Below, in pieces: positions 1 to 8,998 of a stretch of DNA of 64,000 nucleotides; position 1 is the first letter of the stretch, and each line of letters begins with the position of its first letter. The notes below the pieces were generated by a model. It ran no database searches. It saw nothing but the letters and a program-made list of their open reading frames with translations, and was not told where the DNA came from. The DNA is taken from the NCBI GenBank assembly GCA_963711085.1, contig CAVQCT010000005.1, positions 107,859 to 171,858 of the forward strand, read 5' to 3'. Both the position numbers and the translations under genes were made by a program. Origin of the DNA: an uncultured candidate division Zixibacteria bacterium (lineage in GTDB: Bacteria > Zixibacteria > MSB-5A5 > GN15 > FEB-12).

Positions 1-2
1 AT

Positions 3-392
3 TACAAGGGGGATTTCGATGCCTGCAGGAAAACGGCGGGTGAAGCGATGGCAATAGCCCGGGAAATCGGCGAAGAAAACATCATGTCATTGTCGTCAGC
101 CTATCTTGCCGCGATGAGCGCGCGAGAAAGTCTATTCTTCGCCGGAATCAAACAGCTCGAAAAAATCGAGCATGAAGTAGCCGGACGTGGCGACGCGCAG
201 CTTACGCTCCAGGTGACGACCGTTCTGGGTGAGACTTTGCTTTCCTACGGGCGGACTAACGAAGACCGTCAGGAGGGAACCCGGTTACTCCAAGAAGCAC
301 TTAGTCTTGCGAGCGAAAAACAGCTGGCCCCCGAAAGAAAGTGGCTCGAAGAAATCCTCACACGATCCGTTTCGGGTGACGGCGGGAACTGA
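3..392 (+). CDS. TPR-like repeat protein, C-terminal fragment (5' end outside window)
   Basis: Frame 3 is open from the window edge (YKGDFDACRKTAGEAMAIAREIGEEN...) to TGA at 390-392. Helical Ala/Leu/Glu-rich, TPR-like composition. Confidence 0.5.
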   Translation, partial: YKGDFDACRKTAGEAMAIAREIGEENIMSLSSAYLAAMSARESLFFAGIKQLEKIEHEVAGRGDAQLTLQVTTVLGETLLSYGRTNEDRQEGTRLLQEALSLASEKQLAPERKWLEEILTRSVSGDGGN

Positions 393-738
393 ACTTCCGG
401 TCTTCATGCCCTTCCGGTTTTTTCGCGAATTTTCCAGTACGGCGACCAAACGGTCCGTCGTCCAAAATATCCTTTGCGGATTTATCTTATCCATGTTATA
501 TTCGCCTCGGTGACTGGAAAATCACCGGCGCACATGCAACTCGATCAAGCGCTTACCTGCCGAGAATACATCACACCAGAACCAGTCGCGTTAGATACTT
601 TTACCGGATGTCCGAACAGACTGTCAGCCTCGGAACCGGCTGACCACATTGTTGGTTGGTCGACGAATGTCGAGCATCAACGCACGGCCAATCAGAATGA
701 GATTGAATCATCATAACTACACTTGCGAGGAAACGAAC

Positions 739-2424
739 ATGCATTTACTGAAAACGATCGGGACGGCACTCTGTCTAATACTGGCATCCTGGGTCGGTGC
801 GGCATCATCCGTCCCACAACTACTCTCCTATCAGGGCCGGTTGACCGATACGAACGGCAGCCCGGTGGCCGACGGAAACTACGACATCAAATTCCTGATT
901 TACGGTGATTCTACCGGCGGGACGGTGCTCTGGTGGGAGGATCATACCAGTGTGGCGGTCGCCGACGGTCTTTTCAACACCGTGTTGGGATCGGTCACGC
1001 CGCTCGACGAGTCAGTTTTTGCTGATCCCGATCGCTACTTGCAGGTGAAAGTGAACGACCAGCCGATGGGCCAGCGGTCACGATTTACTTCGACTGGCTA
1101 TGCTTTCAGGACATCGACGATCGATGGCACCACCGGAGGAACGGTAACCGGAAACGTTACCGTGGTCTCGGACGGTACCATTCTATTCAACGGTGATCCG
1201 CTGGATAAGGCCGGCAATTTTGGACGGATCGAAATCGGCTTTGATACAAGCGGCCGGGGTTCGATCGCTCTGTATGAACCGGTGGACTCAAAAACAGGCA
1301 TAACTCTTCCGGCCAAGAAAGTGGTGGAGATGACGCCGAACGGGCTGACCATGTTCGGTGAGACGGATCAGGACACCACCTTGACGGTCGCGCCCAACGG
1401 CAATATCGTGGGTATCGGACAGATCACGATGGGTCAAAACAGCAGCCCGGGTACGCAGACGACGGTGCTTGGATTCGAGAACACGGCAAACGGTGATTCA
1501 TCGGCCATCGGCGGTGGTTCGCAAAATGTGACCAACGGCGCGAGTTCCACAATCGCAGGAGGATATCACAACACAACCGTGGGAGCAGGTTCGTCGATTG
1601 GTGGTGGCAGCGAGAATGTGGGCGGCGGAAACTACGCGACCATCGGCGGCGGACAGAATAACAACGCGTCTGGTGACTGGGGAACGGTCCCGGGCGGGGA
1701 AAGTAACAATGCCGATGCTCCGCGAAGTTTCGCGGCGGGCTTCCGAGCCAAAGCGATGCACGATGGTTCGTTCGTATGGGCGGATGACACCGAAGAAGAT
1801 TTTGAGACGACCGCGAACAACCAGTATATCATCCGGGCAGCCGGCGGAGTCGGCATTGGTACGAATCACCCGGTGGGACAGCTCGATGTTGCCGGCCCGG
1901 CCGGAGATTCGACGGTGAATCTGCCGGAAAATTCAATCTCATCATCCGAGATTCTTGATGAACCGGGGGTGGCGGGGAGCAAGTGGCTGCCGATGATTGC
2001 GTTGGTGCAGAAATGCGCCACGACCGTAACGCTAACCAGCACAACTATCACCGTTCCCGCAAACGGATACATTATCGTCCGTGGTACCAGCACCCTTCGC
2101 ACGACCGGTTCGACAGGTCGGAATCAGGCTTATTTGCAGGTCCAACCGGCACCATCGACCGGTCATATCGGCGCCGAATATGCCGTGGCGGGAGCCGGCG
2201 ATTATGATTCGCCGCATCGTGAGCATTTCTTCTCACTTGCAACCGAACGGATCTTTCCGGTCTCTGCCGGAACCTATACGTATCTGCTCGAGGGGCAGGC
2301 CCATCCGGATAACGGCAATAGTGCGAGCACAAAAATGATGCAATCGTCGATTACAGCGATGTTCGTCCCCACCGCCTACGGTCCGGTCACATCGAGCGGC
2401 ACTCCGGTCGGGTTCGGAGAGTAG
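739..2424 (+). CDS. Secreted surface protein with Gly-rich YadA-head/Hep_Hag-like repeats (tail-fibre-like)
   Basis: ATG at 739 follows GAGGAA and gives the signal peptide MHLLKTIGTALCLILASWVGAASS. N-terminal LSYQGRLTD...LWWEDH module, then repeats GGGSQNVTNGASSTIAGGYHNTTVGAGSSIGGGSENVGGGNYATIGGGQNNNASG. The ORF track extends to 649, but that leader is not signal-like. Confidence 0.7.
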   Translation: MHLLKTIGTALCLILASWVGAASSVPQLLSYQGRLTDTNGSPVADGNYDIKFLIYGDSTGGTVLWWEDHTSVAVADGLFNTVLGSVTPLDESVFADPDRYLQVKVNDQPMGQRSRFTSTGYAFRTSTIDGTTGGTVTGNVTVVSDGTILFNGDPLDKAGNFGRIEIGFDTSGRGSIALYEPVDSKTGITLPAKKVVEMTPNGLTMFGETDQDTTLTVAPNGNIVGIGQITMGQNSSPGTQTTVLGFENTANGDSSAIGGGSQNVTNGASSTIAGGYHNTTVGAGSSIGGGSENVGGGNYATIGGGQNNNASGDWGTVPGGESNNADAPRSFAAGFRAKAMHDGSFVWADDTEEDFETTANNQYIIRAAGGVGIGTNHPVGQLDVAGPAGDSTVNLPENSISSSEILDEPGVAGSKWLPMIALVQKCATTVTLTSTTITVPANGYIIVRGTSTLRTTGSTGRNQAYLQVQPAPSTGHIGAEYAVAGAGDYDSPHREHFFSLATERIFPVSAGTYTYLLEGQAHPDNGNSASTKMMQSSITAMFVPTAYGPVTSSGTPVGFGE

Positions 2425-2441
2425 GTCGCCGAAAAACAATG

Positions 2442-2469
2442 GGGATCACTTCCGACAAGTTGTGATCCC
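2442..2469. terminator. Hairpin between convergent genes (possible bidirectional terminator)
   Basis: GGGATCAC (2442-2449) pairs with GTGATCCC (2462-2469) across a 12-nt loop. It lies between the stop at 2424 (+) and the stop at 2472 (-). Confidence 0.4.
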
Positions 2470-2471
2470 AT

Positions 2472-3305
2472 TCACTTTTTCCGAAATTGATGGACCAATA
2501 TCCCCCTTGGTTGCGCTTCCAGGAACTTCTGCATGAGCAGCGCCATCTGCTCAGCGTGAGTCATCGGACCCATATGTCCCAGACCGAGGAATCCGCGCAG
2601 TTCCGATTTGGGTAAAGTTCGCGCCAGCGCGCTGATGATCCCCTGGGTCGACCTTGGGGAATCGACCCCGTACAGCAGGAGCGTCGGTATGCGGAGATTG
2701 CAATAGGCTGACAAGGGGGTGGTATTGCCGATCACGGCGTCGAAATCGGCGACTACTTTTGGCATGCGTTTCGCGACCGATTCCTTCTGTCTTTCTTCAA
2801 ATCTGTCCCAGGCCCCTTCTCCCGACCAGTAATTGACGAAGCGTTTCCCGGCTCCAAGTAGATTTCCCTGACCTACCAGTGCCACTACATCACTTCGCAC
2901 GGAGTTTATTTCCACGGAAGCATCCGCGTGTTCGTCGCTTTCAAGCAGGAGATTGAAGAGGACCGGTTCGTACAGGACCATGCTGCGAACGTTTGCCGGA
3001 TGAGCCGTGGCCAGGGCGAGGGCGACCGCCGCGCCATACGAATGACCGATCACATGGAACTCGCAGTTGAAAGATTCCAGAACCGGCTCGAGCAAAGCCA
3101 GTTCGTCACGCAGACTCAGGGTCTGGCCGAAATCCCATGCCGGGCTGTCACCGTAGCCATAGAGGTCGCGTGCTACGACTTGAAAGCGATGGGCCAGAAG
3201 TTCGGATAATTTCGACCACTGTTTCGAAGAACTGGTGCTGCTGTGTAAACATAGGACGGTCGAACCTTTACCGGACTTTCGTACCGAAGGAACTTTTCGG
3301 GTCAT
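2472..3305 (-). CDS. Alpha/beta-fold hydrolase
   Basis: GHSYG nucleophile elbow (HVIGHSYGAAVALALA) and typical length. I chose the ATG at 3305, preceded by GGAAG. The ORF track extends to 3353. Confidence 0.8.
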   Translation of the reverse strand: MTRKVPSVRKSGKGSTVLCLHSSTSSSKQWSKLSELLAHRFQVVARDLYGYGDSPAWDFGQTLSLRDELALLEPVLESFNCEFHVIGHSYGAAVALALATAHPANVRSMVLYEPVLFNLLLESDEHADASVEINSVRSDVVALVGQGNLLGAGKRFVNYWSGEGAWDRFEERQKESVAKRMPKVVADFDAVIGNTTPLSAYCNLRIPTLLLYGVDSPRSTQGIISALARTLPKSELRGFLGLGHMGPMTHAEQMALLMQKFLEAQPRGILVHQFRKK

Positions 3306-3711
3306 AGTCTTGCTTCCGATCTTAAAGTTGCCTGGCAGATCAGGCTGACGCACTTTGGCCCGGATCGGTTTGTTGCCCGATCGTCCTGTCGCATGATTGC
3401 AGGCAGTTCACCACCCTCTTCGGAGGCGTCCTCAATTTGGGCAGCGTTTTGGAATGGGTTAATTCGTGCAGACAAAGATAATCCGATGCATTCGAAGCTA
3501 ATACGGGGCATGCGCTTGAAATGTTACTGGTAATAGCAGGTCAACCGCAACTTTTGTCGATAATTTCCGGGAAAGGTTTCCGGGGAGATTGAGAGTGTTG
3601 CCGGAGCCACTTGCGGGAAGAACGACCTTGACAATCTCACCGGATTTCGTACTGTGAGAGAACAGCAGGAAATTTAATAAACATGACGATGTAATCAGCG
3701 GGAGGTAGGGT

Positions 3712-4389
3712 GTGATAAGTAGAGTACTACTCACAGTTTTGCTGGTAGCGGCCGGTCCGGTTATCAGCAGCGCAAGCGACAATTCTCTCAAGAAGTGTGC
3801 CTGGGCGATGCAATTCGAGATAGGGGATAAAATTGATTTGTCCTCGTTTCAGGGAACGACCATATCAATCAAGAAACACTACTCTGACAAGACCGCATTT
3901 CGTCTCGGACTTACGGCCCATGTTGAAATCAGCAATTCCGACGGCACTTCTTCTGTCGAGGACGATCCGACTAATAATTCAGAGGACAATCACCGTTCGT
4001 ACAATCTGGCTATCGTGATTCAGAGGATACATTATCCTCGTCCGCATGCTTCAGCCAACTTCTTCTGGGGTCTCGGTCCTAGGGCCGACTTCCATTATAG
4101 TAAGGAAACATATCAAGATAACCCCGTTGACGGCGGTGCGATACAGTCCAATGAGAGGAAGTTAACGGGGTGGTCGCTTGGATTGTCCGGAGTGCTGGGG
4201 GTTGAGTGGTTTGCCGAACCGAACGTGAGCATTCTGGCGGAATACGGTTCGTCCGCTCTGTACGGCAATGGCAAGAGCACCCGGACATTCACTTACGTCC
4301 CGGGTGTCCGTGAGGTGTATGAAGACAGCTCGGGCTCATTCAATTTCGAGTCCTCGTCCGTGCGATTCGGGCTGTCGGTATATTTCTGA
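3712..4389 (+). CDS. Small outer-membrane beta-barrel protein
   Basis: GTG start after GGAGG. Signal peptide MISRVLLTVLLVAAGPVISSASD, alternating beta-strand pattern, and a C-terminal aromatic residue (..FGLSVYF). Confidence 0.65.
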   Translation: MISRVLLTVLLVAAGPVISSASDNSLKKCAWAMQFEIGDKIDLSSFQGTTISIKKHYSDKTAFRLGLTAHVEISNSDGTSSVEDDPTNNSEDNHRSYNLAIVIQRIHYPRPHASANFFWGLGPRADFHYSKETYQDNPVDGGAIQSNERKLTGWSLGLSGVLGVEWFAEPNVSILAEYGSSALYGNGKSTRTFTYVPGVREVYEDSSGSFNFESSSVRFGLSVYF

Positions 4390-4492
4390 ACTCGAGCAGG
4401 TCATTCGCGCAGAATATTGAAACGACCTCCGGAAGTGACGGATCAGCTTGATCCGCGGATCTCTTCAAGTGTGCAAAGGGGTCCGGGGTCGG

Positions 4493-5197
4493 TCAAGTTA
4501 TCGCTGTACGCGGGACCGATGGGTCTGCCTTTACGCCCATCATCAGCAGCCAGAGCGTCAGCACTAACTCACCCAACATCGCCGGAATCGAGATCTTTGC
4601 AACTACAAAATAAGAGTCCGGGGCCAGCAGACCAATCAGACACATGACGATATACGACACGCCGTTGATGAAAAGCCAGACCCCTACGAAACGGGGAAGG
4701 AAACCGGAACGGTATACCAGTATCCCGAGCGGCAGGAGCCAAAGCCCCCAGAACATTTCAGACAAATAGGTTCCCTGGGAGTCAAGTTTCAGACAGAACA
4801 GAGCCAGCGCCTCGCGCTGAGGTTGGCTAAATACCGAAAGATAGTCAGCACTTCGAACGAACTCCAGCGTTCCCATCCAGAGCAGGTAGCTGACAAACGA
4901 CTGAGCGACTGAAATGGCCACGAGAATCACCATTAGGGCGGCGTATTGGGGATTCACGTCCTTGAGCATACGGTAAAGAAGTATGGCGACGAAGAGGAAA
5001 ACGACGGTCGTCACCAGTCCAACCGCGAGGTCGATCCGGAAGAGCGATTGATTGGTAAGAATGTTGCCGGCGGTAGCGGCCGCATCATCCTTAACAATCA
5101 ACTTCGAGGGGACATACATCAGGTTGAACAGTCCGGCGATGACCAATATCAGGTAGAGCAACCCGATAAAGCGCGCCAATCTTTTTGATGGAGCCAT
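4493..5197 (-). CDS. DUF4386-like integral membrane protein
   Basis: Multi-TM protein with LLYLILVIAGLFNLMYVPSKLIVKDDAAATAGNILTNQSLFR, which is typical of DUF4386. ATG at 5197 is preceded by AGAGG. The ORF track extends to 5266. Confidence 0.6.
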   Translation of the reverse strand: MAPSKRLARFIGLLYLILVIAGLFNLMYVPSKLIVKDDAAATAGNILTNQSLFRIDLAVGLVTTVVFLFVAILLYRMLKDVNPQYAALMVILVAISVAQSFVSYLLWMGTLEFVRSADYLSVFSQPQREALALFCLKLDSQGTYLSEMFWGLWLLPLGILVYRSGFLPRFVGVWLFINGVSYIVMCLIGLLAPDSYFVVAKISIPAMLGELVLTLWLLMMGVKADPSVPRTAIT

Positions 5198-5422
5198 AGA
5201 AAGCCTCTTATCAAAAGGGATATTTCGAGACGCCCTAGTCTTACTTGAATACGGGCCGAGCTGCAATATGTTGCGCGGTATTCAGGCTCACGAACCGGGT
5301 GAAGCGGACCTGATTTTCTTTCGGCTCCTTCACTAAAGGACTTTCGGATTAGCGTGTCAAAGCTAATATTGGATTGACCTTCGATGACATATTTCTGATC
5401 GCAATATAAGGAACCCAGTCTT

Positions 5423-6355
5423 ATGATTATCTCATTCAATGTTCTCGAAGCGATCGGCAACACCTCTATAGTGCAGTTGCATAGGGTGGTGCCGAAAGGG
5501 TGCGCGAAGATTGTAGTGAAGCTCGAATGGGAGAACCCGACCGGGAGTATGAAAGACCGAACCGCCCAGGCGATGATCGCTCGGGCGGAAGAAGACGGAA
5601 GGCTCAAACCGGGAGATACAATAGTCGAGTACACAGGCGGAAGCACGGGGATATCGCTCGCGTTGATCTGTGTCGCGAAGGGATACAAGCTCCATATCGT
5701 GACCTCCAACGCTTTCAGTCAGGAAAAGCTGAAGCACATGGCAGCACTCGGTGCGGAGCTTACCCTGGTGCCGAGCGAGGGTGGGCTGACCACCAAGAAA
5801 CTGATTCTCGATATGATCGAAGCGGCCCGCGAGCTTGCGAAACGGCCGAACACCTTCTGGACGAACCAACTTTCCAATGCTGACAGCGTCACCGGATACT
5901 ATTCTCTCGCCGAGGAGATATGGAGTCAGACGGGCGGGAAGGTCGATGCCTTTGTGCAGTCAGTCGGAACCGCGGCATCGCTGCGCGGTGTGGCGACAAT
6001 ACTAAAGCGGCACAGCCCCGGGATCAGGATTGTTGCGGTCGAACCGGGTGAGTCGCCGGTGTTGTCGGGTGGACAGCCGGGACCGCATAAGATCGAGGGT
6101 GTCGGGATCGGCTACACGCCGCCGCTCTGGGATCCGAGCATAGTCGATGAAATCATTCCGGTGAAGACCGAAGACGCCAAAGCGATGGCCCGACGGTTGG
6201 CCTGCGAAGAAGGTCTGTTCGCCGGAACATCTTCGGGCGCAAACGTCATCGCCGCGATTCAAATCGGCGAACGCCTGGGTCCGAATGCCACTGTGGCAAC
6301 ATTAATGGTGGATTCGGGATTGAAGTACATGAGTACAGATGTGTACAAGGTGTAG
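5423..6355 (+). CDS. PLP-dependent cysteine synthase family enzyme (CysK/CysM-like)
   Basis: IGNTSIVQL..., PLP-lysine context NPTGSMKDR, GGSTG loop, 310 aa. Confidence 0.8.
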   Translation: MIISFNVLEAIGNTSIVQLHRVVPKGCAKIVVKLEWENPTGSMKDRTAQAMIARAEEDGRLKPGDTIVEYTGGSTGISLALICVAKGYKLHIVTSNAFSQEKLKHMAALGAELTLVPSEGGLTTKKLILDMIEAARELAKRPNTFWTNQLSNADSVTGYYSLAEEIWSQTGGKVDAFVQSVGTAASLRGVATILKRHSPGIRIVAVEPGESPVLSGGQPGPHKIEGVGIGYTPPLWDPSIVDEIIPVKTEDAKAMARRLACEEGLFAGTSSGANVIAAIQIGERLGPNATVATLMVDSGLKYMSTDVYKV

Positions 6356-6449
6356 GGTCGCGTGTTCGTGTGGGCTGCCAGTTGGATACGAACAAGACGC
6401 GAAGGGCTTTGGACAAAGGCAGTCTCGGAAACTGTTTTGAGACGATTGA

Positions 6450-6463
6450 GCGGGGTACCCCGC
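6450..6463 (+). terminator. GC palindrome downstream of the cysteine-synthase gene (weak terminator candidate)
   Basis: GCGGGGTACCCCGC followed by CTTTC. Two further hairpins (6492-6508; 6577-6603) lie in the same convergent intergenic region. Confidence 0.3.
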
Positions 6464-6619
6464 CTTTCAGTCGGATGACACGCGATGCAATCCCACCCAA
6501 GGGGTGGGGTACCGGATGGCACACTCTGATGGGCCGCTATTCAGGGAAGTTTAATACGCAACTGGCTACGGACATGGGCAGGCTCGAAGACGAATCCTGC
6601 CCTACATGGAAGCACGCCC

Positions 6620-6979
6620 TTATTTTTCCACATACGCCTTCAAACGAGCAAGCGCCTGATCCCATTGTGCAGAGATGCGTTCGAGGAATTGCTGAATATC
6701 TTTCAAGCGACCGGGGGTGAAGGCATAGAGGTTCTCCCGTCCCCGGCGAACACTCCGCACCACTCCGGTACGCTCAAGCATCCGCAGATGTTTGGTGACC
6801 GCCTGTCGGGAGATCGGGGCTCCCTCGCTCAATTCGGTAATGGATTGCGGCGAGTCAGCCGTCAACTTCTTCACCAATGCCAATCGCACCGGGTCGCCGA
6901 GGGCAGCAAAGAGGTGCGCATCACTCTGGAGTTGTCGTGTCGGTCTGAGAGAGGCGCTATTTCGCGACATACTTGCCAA
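6620..6979 (-). CDS. ArsR/SmtB-family transcriptional regulator
   Basis: LGDPVRLALVKKL...ITELSEGAPISRQAVTKHLRMLERTGVV winged-HTH signature. Confidence 0.85.
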   Translation of the reverse strand: MASMSRNSASLRPTRQLQSDAHLFAALGDPVRLALVKKLTADSPQSITELSEGAPISRQAVTKHLRMLERTGVVRSVRRGRENLYAFTPGRLKDIQQFLERISAQWDQALARLKAYVEK

Positions 6980-7406
6980 TGTTCTTCATCTGCTCCGCCC
7001 AGCCGCCATCGTTCATCCGGAATGCTTCGTCGCGGCGATGCGCCGGGATTTTGTCAAATCCGGACTCGACCAGCGAGAGCGTTGTCCCGGGCGCGGATTT
7101 CTTCAGCCTGAATTCGACTAGAGTCGGGGTTTCGTCCGAGTAGTCGACTTTGAGATCGACCGCGTACGGGTGCCAGGTGAAAGCGAAATAGCTCTCCGGT
7201 TCGATCGCCGTCACGACAACTTCCATGACCAGATGGTCATAGCCGGGATAGGTGATATTCCCCCGGGTCGTCTTGCCAATTTCGAAGGGTTTTTCAAGTT
7301 TTACGCGAAACCACTCGCCGAACTGGCGATAGTCGGTCAGGGCGCGCCAGACCCGGGAAACGGGGGCTATGATTTCGATTTGTTTCTCAATTCGATCAGT
7401 TTTCAT
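6957..7406 (-). CDS. SRPBCC / AHSA1-domain protein
   Basis: MKTDRIEKQIEIIAPVSRVWRALTDYRQFGEWF is typical of the family. ATG at 7406 follows AGGAGG. It overlaps the downstream ArsR gene by 23 nt (operon). The ORF track extends to 7556. Confidence 0.75.
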   Translation of the reverse strand: MKTDRIEKQIEIIAPVSRVWRALTDYRQFGEWFRVKLEKPFEIGKTTRGNITYPGYDHLVMEVVVTAIEPESYFAFTWHPYAVDLKVDYSDETPTLVEFRLKKSAPGTTLSLVESGFDKIPAHRRDEAFRMNDGGWAEQMKNIGKYVAK

Positions 7407-7697
7407 TATGCAACCTCCTGGTTGCATAATGATACGGAGGGGACAGGAAATATGCAAGTGGAAAATTGTCTTTAGTTGGTGAAGGTGTGCGAAGACTGGG
7501 CCGGATGGTCCGATTGCCCCTTCATACCTTTCCGACTGAGCCGCCAGCTCTACCAACTGTCCTGAATCCAGGAAAGCATATGGCCCGAAAGGGCATAGGC
7601 AAACCAGTAGACGCTGAAAGCAAAGGCGACAATAAGCCTGAGAATCCAGGCCCCTTCATAGAAGGCCTCATTCACCAAGTCCAGATAATGGGACCGC

Positions 7698-8703
7698 TCA
7701 GCCCTTCTTTCGTTCTATCACGCGCATCAAGGTCAGTGCGGCCTGGTGTTCCGGATCGTAAGACAGGATCTTGCGAACATCCCTTTCGGCTTCATCGTAA
7801 CGGCCGCATCTTTGCAGTGAGTTGGCGCGGCACTGCAAATTGTACAACTTGTCTCCGTATTGAAGGGCGCGGTCAAACAATTTGACGGCGTCGGTGTCAT
7901 CGCCCTTGAGGCAGAGCGAGTAGGCGACATCGGCGTATACATCGCTGAGAAGCACCCAGAAGCGCGGGTTCAAGGAGACATCGTGAGCGCAGTACTCGCC
8001 GAACCCGGCCATAGCTTCGAGCGAACCACCCCATCTCGGTTGGAGCGCGACCATGTATTGCTGTCGCAGATAGAACGACGAGGTATCTTTCTTGATCGCC
8101 TCCAAGAAACACGTCGTCCGGCGTGAACGAAAGGTCCGAGATCATGCTGATTCGTACGAGCGCTGCCCAGGCCGGAGAGATGCGGGAATCAAGGTCGACC
8201 GCCTCTCGCAGATCTTTCGCCGCGAGATCGCAGTAGTGACGCATTAGTTCAATGCGCTGCGTGGAAGTCCGCTGATAGCTGTCCGTTCCTCGGGCGTTCG
8301 ATGCCTCCAGCATTCGGTAATAGCCCCGCGCGGCATAGGCGAACGCCGAACCGGTGCTGTCTATCCACTCGGTAAGTTCGCTCTCGGTGATGCTGTTTTG
8401 GGGATCGAAAAGATTGAACGCTTCATCGAACGGCGCTTCGTACAAGACATCCTTGTCATAGTCTGCCAGCAACTGGCTGTAAATTACGTCGATCGAATCG
8501 AATTGATTTCGATTGAACATCAGGAAGATTTTCCCGATCGGTGGGGACGGAAGCTGAAGGGCCGTTTGAAGCGCCTTGTTAACAGCTTCGGCCCGCTCAA
8601 TAGATGGATCGGTCTGACCGGAGACGCAGCCGGCTCCGAAAGTGCATATCATGATTAAAGCAGCAGATAAACTGGTCAACAATATACGATTACTTTTGAA
8701 CAT
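7698..8703 (-). CDS. DUF4034/TPR-like lipoprotein, interrupted by a +1 frameshift near 8103-8109
   Basis: Lipobox signal MFKSNRILLTSLSAALIMICTFGAGC. ORF 7897..8703 turns into Arg-rich nonsense after ..SFTPDDVF, while ORF 7698..8105 continues sensibly (LEAIKKDTSSFYLRQQYMVALQPRWGGSLEAM...). Deleting one nt from GTGTTTCTTGGAGG restores one 334-aa protein. The family assignment is tentative. Confidence 0.6.
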
Positions 8704-8889
8704 AACCGCACCTCTCTTGTATCGGAAAGCCCTGAATGGATACTCCCCAAAGACTATTATCGGTTCCAGGATCCGGCTACTTGAAGATTCATCGACGTCG
8801 CCGGAACGAAACCGGGATCTTCATACTCTTGCATGTCGGAGCATTGCTTTAAGGGCGGGGTTAACTTATGGTTAGGCAGAGAGTTTTAG

Positions 8890-8917
8890 TTGACGGTGGG
8901 GTCTATGATACTATATT
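8890..8917 (+). promoter_or_regulatory. Sigma70-like promoter upstream of lectin paralog 1
   Basis: TTGACG (8890-8895), 16-nt spacer, TATATT (8912-8917), about 80 nt upstream of the ATG at 8999. Confidence 0.35.
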
Positions 8918-8998
8918 GACGCCGCACGAAGATTAGAGGAAAATCGCAGGTTCAGGCGCCGGCAACGTCCGGCCATACTCTTACGTGGGGAGCGTACT

